Source: Victivallales bacterium (GTDB lineage: Bacteria > Verrucomicrobiota > Lentisphaeria > Oligosphaerales > Oligosphaeraceae). Taken from it: a stretch of 64,000 nucleotides of DNA. Below, one piece after another: positions 9,123 through 16,233 of the stretch. The stretch covers positions 26,218-90,217 of the forward strand of contig JAFZWH010000093.1 of NCBI GenBank assembly GCA_017617415.1. Direction: 5' to 3'. Position numbers and translations under genes: made by a program. How positions within the stretch are numbered: position 1 is the stretch's first letter; each line of letters opens with the position of its first letter. A model generated the notes under the pieces. It was given only the letters and a program-made list of their open reading frames with translations. It was not told where the DNA came from and did not search any database.

Positions 9123-10376
9123 CTACAATTCCACGGCTGATGGCATTTCACCAATGAGAACTGCGTTGATGCCTCCAAAGGCAAAGCAGTCCTTGACAAA
9201 ATAACGCAAGGCGGAGTGGCGTGGTGCCTGGAGGAGGTCGAGACCGGCGCACGCCTCGTCCGGTGCAGCGAGATTGGCGGTGGGCAGCAAGGTGTTGCGA
9301 CGAGCCATCTCCAGCGTAACGGCGAGCTCCAGTGCGCCAGAGGCCCCCATGGTGTGCCCAAGTTGCGCTTTCAAGCTCGAGACGGGGACGGCATTACCGA
9401 AAATCCGCGTGAGCGCGGCGGCCTCGGCTGCGTCGCCCTGGCGAGTTCCGGTGGCATGCGCACTAATATAATGGATATTGGCGGGTTGCAAGGATGCTTC
9501 GCGCAAAGCGGCGGTCAGACAACGCTCGATGGCTTCGGCGTCGGACTGGCTGGTCTGGCGCCCGCTGGCATTGGTGGCGTAGCCGCAGATCTCCGCCAGA
9601 ATCCGTGCACCGCGTCGAAGCGCGTGGACGCGCTCTTCCAAGACGAGAACGGCTGCTCCCTCGCCGACTGCCAGTCCGCTGCGGTTTACGTCAAAGGGTC
9701 GGATTGCCTCGGCGGCGTTCTGGCCGGTTGCAGGGTGTGCGAGTGCAAAGAGCTGTTCGAAGGTTCCTGCGACTTCGGGCGTCGCCTCGTCCGTTCCGCC
9801 GGCGAGCATCACGGTTTGGCGTCCGAGGCGAATTTCATCGTATGCCACTCCGATGGCCTGGAGTCCAGAGGCGCAGGCCGAGCAGGGCGCCAGCAGGGCC
9901 CCAGTCAGCCCAAAGACATTGGCCACGTTGAAGGCGGCGGTGTGCGATACGCTCTTGAAGAACTGCTGTGCAGGCATGTTTTCCAGGCCGGAGTCGTGGA
10001 AGAGTCGCATTGTCTCATGGATAGCGCTTGGGCTGCCGAGGGTGGAGCCGATGGCGCAGCCTGTGGTGCCATTGGTGAGTTCTTCGTCGGACAGGCCACT
10101 TTCGGCGATGGCGTCTCTGGTGGCAAGTGTGGCGTAAATTGCGACCGGAGCCATTGACCTCCGCAACTTGCGGTCCAGCGAGAGGATTTTCTCGTGTGGC
10201 AATTCCAGCGGAGCGGCCAGGAGTTCGCCCGTGGCTCCGGGCAGTTCCCACTCTGGCATCACGCGAATGGCGCTTTCGCCGGCCAGCAGGCGCTCAAAGA
10301 GCGTGGCACGGTCGAAACCCAGCGCGGAGACCACGCCACAGCCGGTGATGACAACTCTGGGGAAATCACTTGCCAT
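9123..10376 (-). CDS. Beta-ketoacyl-ACP synthase (FabF/FabB-like KAS)
   Basis: 417 aa with an active-site Cys context (APCSACASG), His motifs (ISAHATGT, QLGHTMGASG) and C-terminal GFGGINA. Confidence 0.9.
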   Translation of the reverse strand: MASDFPRVVITGCGVVSALGFDRATLFERLLAGESAIRVMPEWELPGATGELLAAPLELPHEKILSLDRKLRRSMAPVAIYATLATRDAIAESGLSDEELTNGTTGCAIGSTLGSPSAIHETMRLFHDSGLENMPAQQFFKSVSHTAAFNVANVFGLTGALLAPCSACASGLQAIGVAYDEIRLGRQTVMLAGGTDEATPEVAGTFEQLFALAHPATGQNAAEAIRPFDVNRSGLAVGEGAAVLVLEERVHALRRGARILAEICGYATNASGRQTSQSDAEAIERCLTAALREASLQPANIHYISAHATGTRQGDAAEAAALTRIFGNAVPVSSLKAQLGHTMGASGALELAVTLEMARRNTLLPTANLAAPDEACAGLDLLQAPRHSALRYFVKDCFAFGGINAVLIGEMPSAVEL

Positions 10377-10379
10377 GAT

Positions 10380-10778
10380 TTATTCCAGCCAATTTTCGAG
10401 TTTGAGTTTCGGCACCCGCGCGAAATGCGTGATGTTGTTGGTGACCAGCGTCAGGTGCTCAGCCAGCGCGGCCGCCGCGATCAGCATGTCCATCGCGCCA
10501 ATTAACTTGCCTTGTTCTTCAAGGTATGTGCGCAATTCCGCGTATGCTTGGACAGCATTGCTGTTCCAGGCAAGACAAGGCATCGCCCGACAAAACTCAT
10601 CGACTTTCTCGATGAGGCGCTGGTTTTTCCGGCGCAGCGCCTCATGGCGCAATTCTGCTTCGGTGAGACAACAAATGCACACGGCATCAAGATACTTGGC
10701 GAACTTTGCCGTGGCATTCGGATAACGGTTGCTGATGATATACGATGCCGTATCCGTATCAAGCATATATTGCAACAT
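10380..10778 (-). CDS. vapC: PIN-domain toxin VapC
   Basis: 132 aa. N-terminal LDTD acidic motif, central EL..G and C-terminal TNN..HF are typical of VapC. The start codon overlaps the vapB stop by 1 nt (TAATG). Confidence 0.85.
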   Translation of the reverse strand: MLQYMLDTDTASYIISNRYPNATAKFAKYLDAVCICCLTEAELRHEALRRKNQRLIEKVDEFCRAMPCLAWNSNAVQAYAELRTYLEEQGKLIGAMDMLIAAAALAEHLTLVTNNITHFARVPKLKLENWLE

Positions 10779-11008
10779 TAGAAAAGATCCCGTTCTTGAA
10801 TGGTTTGGGCATCATCACGAGGAACCTCGAAATCTGGAAAGGCCGGTCCTGACAGGAATTTCTCCAGCAGTTTTTTCCGGTCGATGGGCGAGAGGATGAT
10901 TTTGTTGCCCTTCTTCTGGATTTGTACTTCCGATGTGTTGAAGCGATATTTCTTTGGGATGCGCACGGCCTGCGAACGGCCAGTCATGAACACTTTTGCA
11001 GTTTCCAT
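10778..11008 (-). CDS. vapB: AbrB/SpoVT-type antitoxin VapB
   Basis: 76 aa. The N-terminus (AKVFMTGRSQAVRIPKKYRF) matches the swapped-hairpin AbrB/VagC-type antitoxin fold. It lies directly upstream of the PIN gene. Confidence 0.8.
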   Translation of the reverse strand: METAKVFMTGRSQAVRIPKKYRFNTSEVQIQKKGNKIILSPIDRKKLLEKFLSGPAFPDFEVPRDDAQTIQERDLF

Positions 11009-11081
11009 TATCAGCCTCCTGGATTGGTATGTATCATTGATATGTATTTTTTCGGGGAAAAGTATGCATCATTAATATATA

Positions 11082-12548
11082 TCATTTTTCACAAATGGCA
11101 ATGGCTGAGAGCAGTTTTTGATAAGATTCTTCGCCCAGGACCTGCCGGGTGACGAGGAAGGAACTCAGGAGGGTTCCGACGATACCTGGTGCGAAGGCGT
11201 TCTCGCCAATGCCGTAGAAATTCCGGACGGGGAGCCGCCCCATCAGGCGTGGCGCGTTGGTGGTCATGCGCACGCCGTAGGCACCGTGGCCAGGCGGGAC
11301 GAATCGTGCATAGGTGTGTGGAGTGGCTGCGGCTTCGAGGCGGAGATGCCCTTTGAGTTCCGGCCAGCCTTCGTAGGCATGGGTCAGGACGGTCTGGGTC
11401 ATTGCCTCCTTTTCGGCAGGAGAAGGCTTGGCGGTGCAAGACGGCGCAGGGGCCGGTGCCAAAAGGATGAGGCACTGCACGGGCGTGCCGTCCATGCGGG
11501 TGTCATGAGAGAGGATGGCGCCAGTGCTGAGGAACGGCTCGTCGCGGTCGGGACGCAGGATTTGGTTGAAGTCCAGGCTTCGAAGGTATGAGGTCAGATG
11601 TGGCGGACAGGGCAGGGCATTGTCCACTGTCGCGAAAACGGTAAAGAAACCGCAGGTGTCTTGGAGGGGTGCGCAGAGGCGCTGGAAGCCGCGCTGCCGT
11701 TCAGGGGGGAGGAGCGGGAGGAGTTCGGCGGGATGGAGGGAATTGAAGAGGTCGTCGAAGGCGAGCGTGGTTCCGTCGGAGAGTTCGGCGGCGTGGCAGT
11801 GCCCCGCATCGTCGAAGGATTGGAAGGCAATAATGTGGGTGTTCGTGCGGACCTCGACACCAAGACGCGCGAGTTCACGGGTGAAGTTGGCTATCAGCGC
11901 GTCCCCGCCACTTTTCAAGCGGATCATCTCCTCCTCGAAACCGTAGCTTACGCGGAAATGGCGCGCGGCAGGGACCTCCTCTGGCGGTGCGCCATGGAAG
12001 AGTGCGGGCGAGGCCAATGTGGCAGCGAGTTCCGGCGAGAAGCCCAACTGCTGAAAAAGCGTGTCCAGCGTAAGCTGGTCCAATTCACTGAAGGCAGTCA
12101 GGGCATCGCCGATGGGTGCCCGCAAGTCGAACATCGGCGTGTTCCGAAGCACCTCAGTCTCCAGCTCTTGGTAACGGCGGAGCGAGGCAGTCTCGCGGGG
12201 GAACTCCTGCGCGAGGTAGTCGTAAAAGGCGTCGCGGCCGCAATTCGGGAAGTGGAGATGATGACCGTCCGGAAGTTTTAGGCTCCAGGGGAAGGAGTCG
12301 GCCTCGATTCCGTCAATACTGTCCAGAACTGTCAGCATTTGTCCAAGAATGCCGACGAGACTGCTGGTGAAATGCAGACCGGTGTCGAAAGGGACGCCCT
12401 GCCGGCGGAAGCGTGTGAGTCTTCCGCCGACGGCAGGGGTCTTTTCCAGCAGGGTGACGTGGCGGCCGGCCTTGGCCAGAAGGATGGCCATGGAGAGACC
12501 GCCGGTGCCGGCGCCCAGCACTACGGAATGTCGGGGAGGGTCAGGCAC
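11082..12548 (-). CDS. FAD-dependent oxidoreductase (phytoene desaturase/RetSat-like)
   Basis: N-terminal dinucleotide fold (VVLGAGTGGLSMAILLAKAGRHVTLLEK..VGGR) and an FDTGLHF block. It is a paralog of 18743-20143. Confidence 0.8.
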   Translation of the reverse strand: MPDPPRHSVVLGAGTGGLSMAILLAKAGRHVTLLEKTPAVGGRLTRFRRQGVPFDTGLHFTSSLVGILGQMLTVLDSIDGIEADSFPWSLKLPDGHHLHFPNCGRDAFYDYLAQEFPRETASLRRYQELETEVLRNTPMFDLRAPIGDALTAFSELDQLTLDTLFQQLGFSPELAATLASPALFHGAPPEEVPAARHFRVSYGFEEEMIRLKSGGDALIANFTRELARLGVEVRTNTHIIAFQSFDDAGHCHAAELSDGTTLAFDDLFNSLHPAELLPLLPPERQRGFQRLCAPLQDTCGFFTVFATVDNALPCPPHLTSYLRSLDFNQILRPDRDEPFLSTGAILSHDTRMDGTPVQCLILLAPAPAPSCTAKPSPAEKEAMTQTVLTHAYEGWPELKGHLRLEAAATPHTYARFVPPGHGAYGVRMTTNAPRLMGRLPVRNFYGIGENAFAPGIVGTLLSSFLVTRQVLGEESYQKLLSAIAICEK

Positions 12549-12563
12549 AAATGCAGTGGGCAG

Positions 12564-12806
12564 TTAGAGCCATTCCTTGGTGCCGTTGATGTAGGTGCTC
12601 TCGAACTCGTCGTCGGATTTGGTGAGGTAGATGATTCCCTCGATGAGTCCGAAAATACCGCCGATGCCGCAGACGAGTCCGAGAATCAGCTGGATGATTC
12701 CGGCCTTGATGTAGCCGAGGTAGAACTTGTGTGCGCCAAGCCAGCCGAGCAGAATTGCGAGGACACCGGCGACGATTTTCTTGTTTTTCGCTTCTTCGCT
12801 TGCCAT
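12564..12806 (-). CDS. TM2-domain small membrane protein
   Basis: 80 aa with two TM helices and TM2-like LLGWLGAHKFYLG and GIGGIFGLIEGIIYL segments. Confidence 0.7.
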   Translation of the reverse strand: MASEEAKNKKIVAGVLAILLGWLGAHKFYLGYIKAGIIQLILGLVCGIGGIFGLIEGIIYLTKSDDEFESTYINGTKEWL

Positions 12807-12847
12807 GTTGTTTTCTCCTTGGTTTTGGGGTGGGTTGGGGGCTCGCC

Positions 12848-12909
12848 TTACAAGTCGAAGGTGAGCTGGTTGGGGTCGTGGTAGGGGCTGCGACGCCCGC
12901 GGCGCTTGG
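12848..12909 (-). pseudogene. Displaced duplicate of the mutS 3' end (last 20 codons plus stop)
   Basis: 60/62 nt identical to 13673-13734. It would encode KRRGRRSPYHDPNQLTFDL-stop, the same as the MutS C-terminus. No upstream mutS body is attached. Confidence 0.85.
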
Positions 12910-12922
12910 ATGGAAGGGGGAT

Positions 12923-13393
12923 TTATCCGGGGGCGACCAGTGGGCTTATCGAAGCCTGGGAGTTAAATTGTTCGAGAGTGACGACTTGGATTTCCGGCAG
13001 GGTTTGGAGTCTTTTGTCGTTGGTAATAAATGCCTTGCACTTGGTTATGATGGCGGTTGCCAGATGGAGCGCATCCAAGGCTTTAAGTGCCTCGTGACAC
13101 GCTCTTAGGCGTGCGGCCTCCAAGGCAATCTCTTGGTTGACAGAGCAAATGGAGACATTCATTCCCGTCAGGAATGTCTTGAAATTCTCGATGGATTGCA
13201 AGTCATGATTGGCATACGGATATGTGCAATATTCTTCAAGAGTGACTGCGGAGGTGACCAGCGGCATTTTTTGATAGCAGTGCCTGAAAAATACTCGGGC
13301 AGGATGGAAAAACAGCGAACTATGCTCCAAGTAGTATATGAACAAGGCGGTATCCACATACATTCTGGCAACGCCGTTCTTAAATTCGGTCAT
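12923..13393 (-). CDS. PIN-domain toxin
   Basis: Motifs YVDTALFIY (N-terminal Asp), TLEE, DALHLATA and FITNDKR. The start is set to Met at 13393, a 14-nt overlap with the antitoxin stop. The longer ORF-track start at 13525 would run through the antitoxin gene. Confidence 0.8.
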   Translation of the reverse strand: MTEFKNGVARMYVDTALFIYYLEHSSLFFHPARVFFRHCYQKMPLVTSAVTLEEYCTYPYANHDLQSIENFKTFLTGMNVSICSVNQEIALEAARLRACHEALKALDALHLATAIITKCKAFITNDKRLQTLPEIQVVTLEQFNSQASISPLVAPG

Positions 13394-13601
13394 AGTCTCT
13401 GATCTCCCGAATATATTCGTCGGCGCGGTTTGCGCGTTCGGTGTGTCGAACCAGTTTGTCAAAGGCGAAGGCTTCCTGTTCTTCGCTATGCTTGTCCTTC
13501 TCTTCCATTTCCCGAATGAAATCAAGGATCAAGAATACCTTCTGATTCGGCAACACATCGATGAGCGTCTTTGCCAATTCTTTAGGAGTAGTCGTTTCCA
13601 T
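13380..13601 (-). CDS. Putative antitoxin (DUF2281-like small acidic protein)
   Basis: 73 aa, overlapping the downstream PIN gene. The LPNQKVFLILDFIREMEEK segment resembles antitoxins that pair with PIN toxins. The family call is by eye only. Confidence 0.6.
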   Translation of the reverse strand: METTTPKELAKTLIDVLPNQKVFLILDFIREMEEKDKHSEEQEAFAFDKLVRHTERANRADEYIREIRDYDRI

Positions 13602-13633
13602 TGCCTTCCTTGCCTCCTCTTTTCATAAGATAC

Positions 13634-13654
13634 TTGCAAAAATGAATTTTGCAA
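13634..13654. promoter_or_regulatory. Palindromic operator-like site upstream of the antitoxin gene
   Basis: TTGCAAAA-ATGAA-TTTTGCAA has perfect 8-bp arms. It lies 33 nt upstream of the antitoxin ATG on the minus strand. Confidence 0.35.
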
Positions 13655-13672
13655 ATATCTCTGTTATGACTT

Positions 13673-16231
13673 TTACAAATCGAAGGTGAGCTGGTTGGGG
13701 TCGTGGTAGGGGCTGCGCCGCCCGCGGCGCTTGGTTTCGGCGAGCTTCGGGCGCTTGGCGTCCTCTTCGTCGAATTCGTTGTTCTCCAGATTCGTGAGCA
13801 CCTGGTCGGCGCGGTCGATGACGATTTTCGGGATGCCGGCGAGCCGTGCGACGTGGATGCCGTAGCTCTTGTCAGCGGCTCCGGGCACGATTTTGCGCAG
13901 GAACATGATGCTCTCGCCCTCTTCCTTCACCAGCACGTTGTAGTTCTTGATGCCAGGCTTGGTGAGCGGGAGGTCGGTGAGTTCGTGGTAGTGCGTGGCG
14001 AAGAGGGTGCGGGCCTTGGCGGACGGGGTGTCGTGGAGGTATTCGGCGATGGCCCAGGCGAGCGAGAGGCCGTCGAAGGTGGAGGTGCCGCGGCCGATTT
14101 CGTCCAGGATGATGAGGCTCTGCGGGGTGGCGTGGTTGAGGATGTTGGCGGTCTCGACCATCTCGACCATGAAGGTGGACTGCCCGCGCGAGAGGTCGTC
14201 CGCCGCGCCGACGCGGGTGAAGATGCGGTCGGCCAGGCCGATAGTGGCGCTTGAGGCGGGAATGAAGGAGCCCATCTGCGCCATCAGGACGAGCAGCGCG
14301 ACCTGCCGGATGTAGGTGGATTTGCCCGCCATGTTGGGGCCCGTGATGAGGCCGATCTGCTGGTCGGTGGTGTTGAGCACGCAGTCGTTGGGCACGAAGG
14401 CCGAGCCCTCGGCGTGTGCGTCCAGCACGGGGTGCCGACCGTCCCGGATTTCGAGAATCGGCGTCTCGGCGATGGCGGGGCGGGTGTAGTTGTAGCGGAT
14501 GGCGTCCTCGGCGAGGGCTCCCAGGCAGTCGATGTTGGCGAGGGCGCGGGCGGTGGTCTGAATCACCGCAATCTGCTTCACGACGGCCTCGCGGAGCTGC
14601 CCGAAGAGCTCGAATTCGAGCGCCTGCGCCTTCTCGTCCGACCCCAGCACCTTGTCCTCGATTTCCTTGAGTTCGGGGGTGATGAAGCGCTCGCCGTTCA
14701 CGATGGTCTGCTTGCGCATGTACTCCGGCGGAACCAGGTCCAGGAAGGACTTGGAGATCTCGATGAAGTATCCGAAGACCTTGTTGAAGCGGACCTTCAG
14801 GGACTTGATGCCAGTGCGCTCCTGCTCCTTGAGCTGGTAGTTGGCAATCCAGTCCTTGCCCTCGGTGGAGGCTCTCCGCAGGAGGTCGAGGTCCGCATTG
14901 AAGCCGTCGCGAATCATCCCGCCGTCGTGGACGGCGACGGGCGGCTCGTCCACCACCGCCTTGGCGATGAGCTCCACCAGCTCGGGCTGTTCGGAGAGCT
15001 TCTCACATTCGTCCAGAAGCAGTCCCGCATGGGCGTTGTGCAGGATGGCCTTGAGGCCGGGGAGCTCCTCCAGACCGCGCCGCAGGACGATGAGGTCGCG
15101 GGCGGAGGCGTTGGTGCCCACGCTGAGGCGGGTGACGGTGCGCTCGATGTCGCGCACGGCGGAGAGAGTCTCGCGCAGTTCGGAGAGGAGCATCGGCTGT
15201 CCGGCGAGGTCCTCCACGGCATCCAGCCGCGCCTCGATGGCGGGCTTGGACTTCAGGGGACGCAGGACCCACTCGCGCAGGAGGCGTGCGCCCATGGGGG
15301 TGATGGTCTTGTCCAGCACGGAGATGAGGGTGTTGTCCTTGCCGTCGGCGAAGATGGGATCCACCAGCTCGAGGTTCCGCTGGGAGATGCGGTCGAGCAC
15401 GAGGCAGTCGTCGGACTGGTAGGAGGCGATGGCGGTGAGGTTCGCGGCGTCCTTGCGCAGGGTGTTCTGGGCGTAGTGGAGGATGGCGCCGGCCGCGCCG
15501 ATGGCGGGTTCGTAGCCGCGGCAGCCATAGCCGTCCAGAGACGCGACCTGGAAATGGCGCAGGAGGTCGCTTCGTGCCAATTCGACGTCAAAATGCCAGT
15601 CCTCCACGCTGGTCCAGACCAGCTGCTGCGGGAGGTCGGCAGGGAAGCCTTCGTTCTGCCAGCGCGAGAGCAGACTGGCGGGGGCCAGGCATTCGGCGGG
15701 CTTCAGGCGGTTGAGTTCGACCTCCAGCGCTCCGACGCCCATGGGGATTTCGGTGATGCGAAACTCAGCGGTGGAGAGGTCGAGCGAGGCCAGCCCCCAG
15801 CGGTTTTTCATCGGCAGAAGCGCCACGAGGTAGTTGCTGCGGTTGGACTCCAGCAGCGTGTCCTCCATCATCGTGCCAGGCGTGATGATTTCCGTGATGT
15901 CGCGCTTCACCAACCCCTTTGCCAGCTTCGGGTCCTCAATCTGGTCCGCCAAGGCGACCTTGTAGCCGCCCGCCAGGAGCTTCGGGACATACTGCCGAAC
16001 CGCGCGGTAGGGGATGCCGCACAACGGCGCGCCCGCTCGGCTGGTCAGCACGACGTCCATCAGCGGAGCGGCGATTTTGGCGTCCTCGAAGAACATCTCG
16101 TAGAAGTCGCCCATCCGGAACATCAGCAGCGTGTCCGGCGCGAGCTGGCGCTTCGCCTCGGCATACTGACGCATCCCCGGCGTGAGTTCGCCCGACAGGC
16201 TGGCGTTTTTGGTTGGTTTGGATTCAGACAT
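13673..16231 (-). CDS. mutS: DNA mismatch repair protein MutS
   Basis: 852 aa with TPGMRQY..FRMGDFYEMFFEDA at the N-terminus, Walker A GPNMAGKSTY, and DEIGRGTSTFDG. Confidence 0.95.
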   Translation of the reverse strand: MSESKPTKNASLSGELTPGMRQYAEAKRQLAPDTLLMFRMGDFYEMFFEDAKIAAPLMDVVLTSRAGAPLCGIPYRAVRQYVPKLLAGGYKVALADQIEDPKLAKGLVKRDITEIITPGTMMEDTLLESNRSNYLVALLPMKNRWGLASLDLSTAEFRITEIPMGVGALEVELNRLKPAECLAPASLLSRWQNEGFPADLPQQLVWTSVEDWHFDVELARSDLLRHFQVASLDGYGCRGYEPAIGAAGAILHYAQNTLRKDAANLTAIASYQSDDCLVLDRISQRNLELVDPIFADGKDNTLISVLDKTITPMGARLLREWVLRPLKSKPAIEARLDAVEDLAGQPMLLSELRETLSAVRDIERTVTRLSVGTNASARDLIVLRRGLEELPGLKAILHNAHAGLLLDECEKLSEQPELVELIAKAVVDEPPVAVHDGGMIRDGFNADLDLLRRASTEGKDWIANYQLKEQERTGIKSLKVRFNKVFGYFIEISKSFLDLVPPEYMRKQTIVNGERFITPELKEIEDKVLGSDEKAQALEFELFGQLREAVVKQIAVIQTTARALANIDCLGALAEDAIRYNYTRPAIAETPILEIRDGRHPVLDAHAEGSAFVPNDCVLNTTDQQIGLITGPNMAGKSTYIRQVALLVLMAQMGSFIPASSATIGLADRIFTRVGAADDLSRGQSTFMVEMVETANILNHATPQSLIILDEIGRGTSTFDGLSLAWAIAEYLHDTPSAKARTLFATHYHELTDLPLTKPGIKNYNVLVKEEGESIMFLRKIVPGAADKSYGIHVARLAGIPKIVIDRADQVLTNLENNEFDEEDAKRPKLAETKRRGRRSPYHDPNQLTFDL

Positions 16232-16233
16232 AT

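Larger units (their letters stand above)
12910..13672 (-). mobile_element. 763-bp toxin-antitoxin cassette bracketed by the 62-bp mutS-end direct repeats
   Basis: It contains only the PIN toxin, its antitoxin and a promoter/operator-like region. It is flanked by repeats at 12848-12909 and 13673-13734. No integrase or transposase is present. Confidence 0.6.

Noticed and set aside
12848-13734. The mutS-end TA cassette as an integron gene cassette
   Set aside because: There is no intI gene, no attI, and no attC-like imperfect inverted repeat. The flanking repeats are direct copies of coding sequence, so a different mechanism is more likely.
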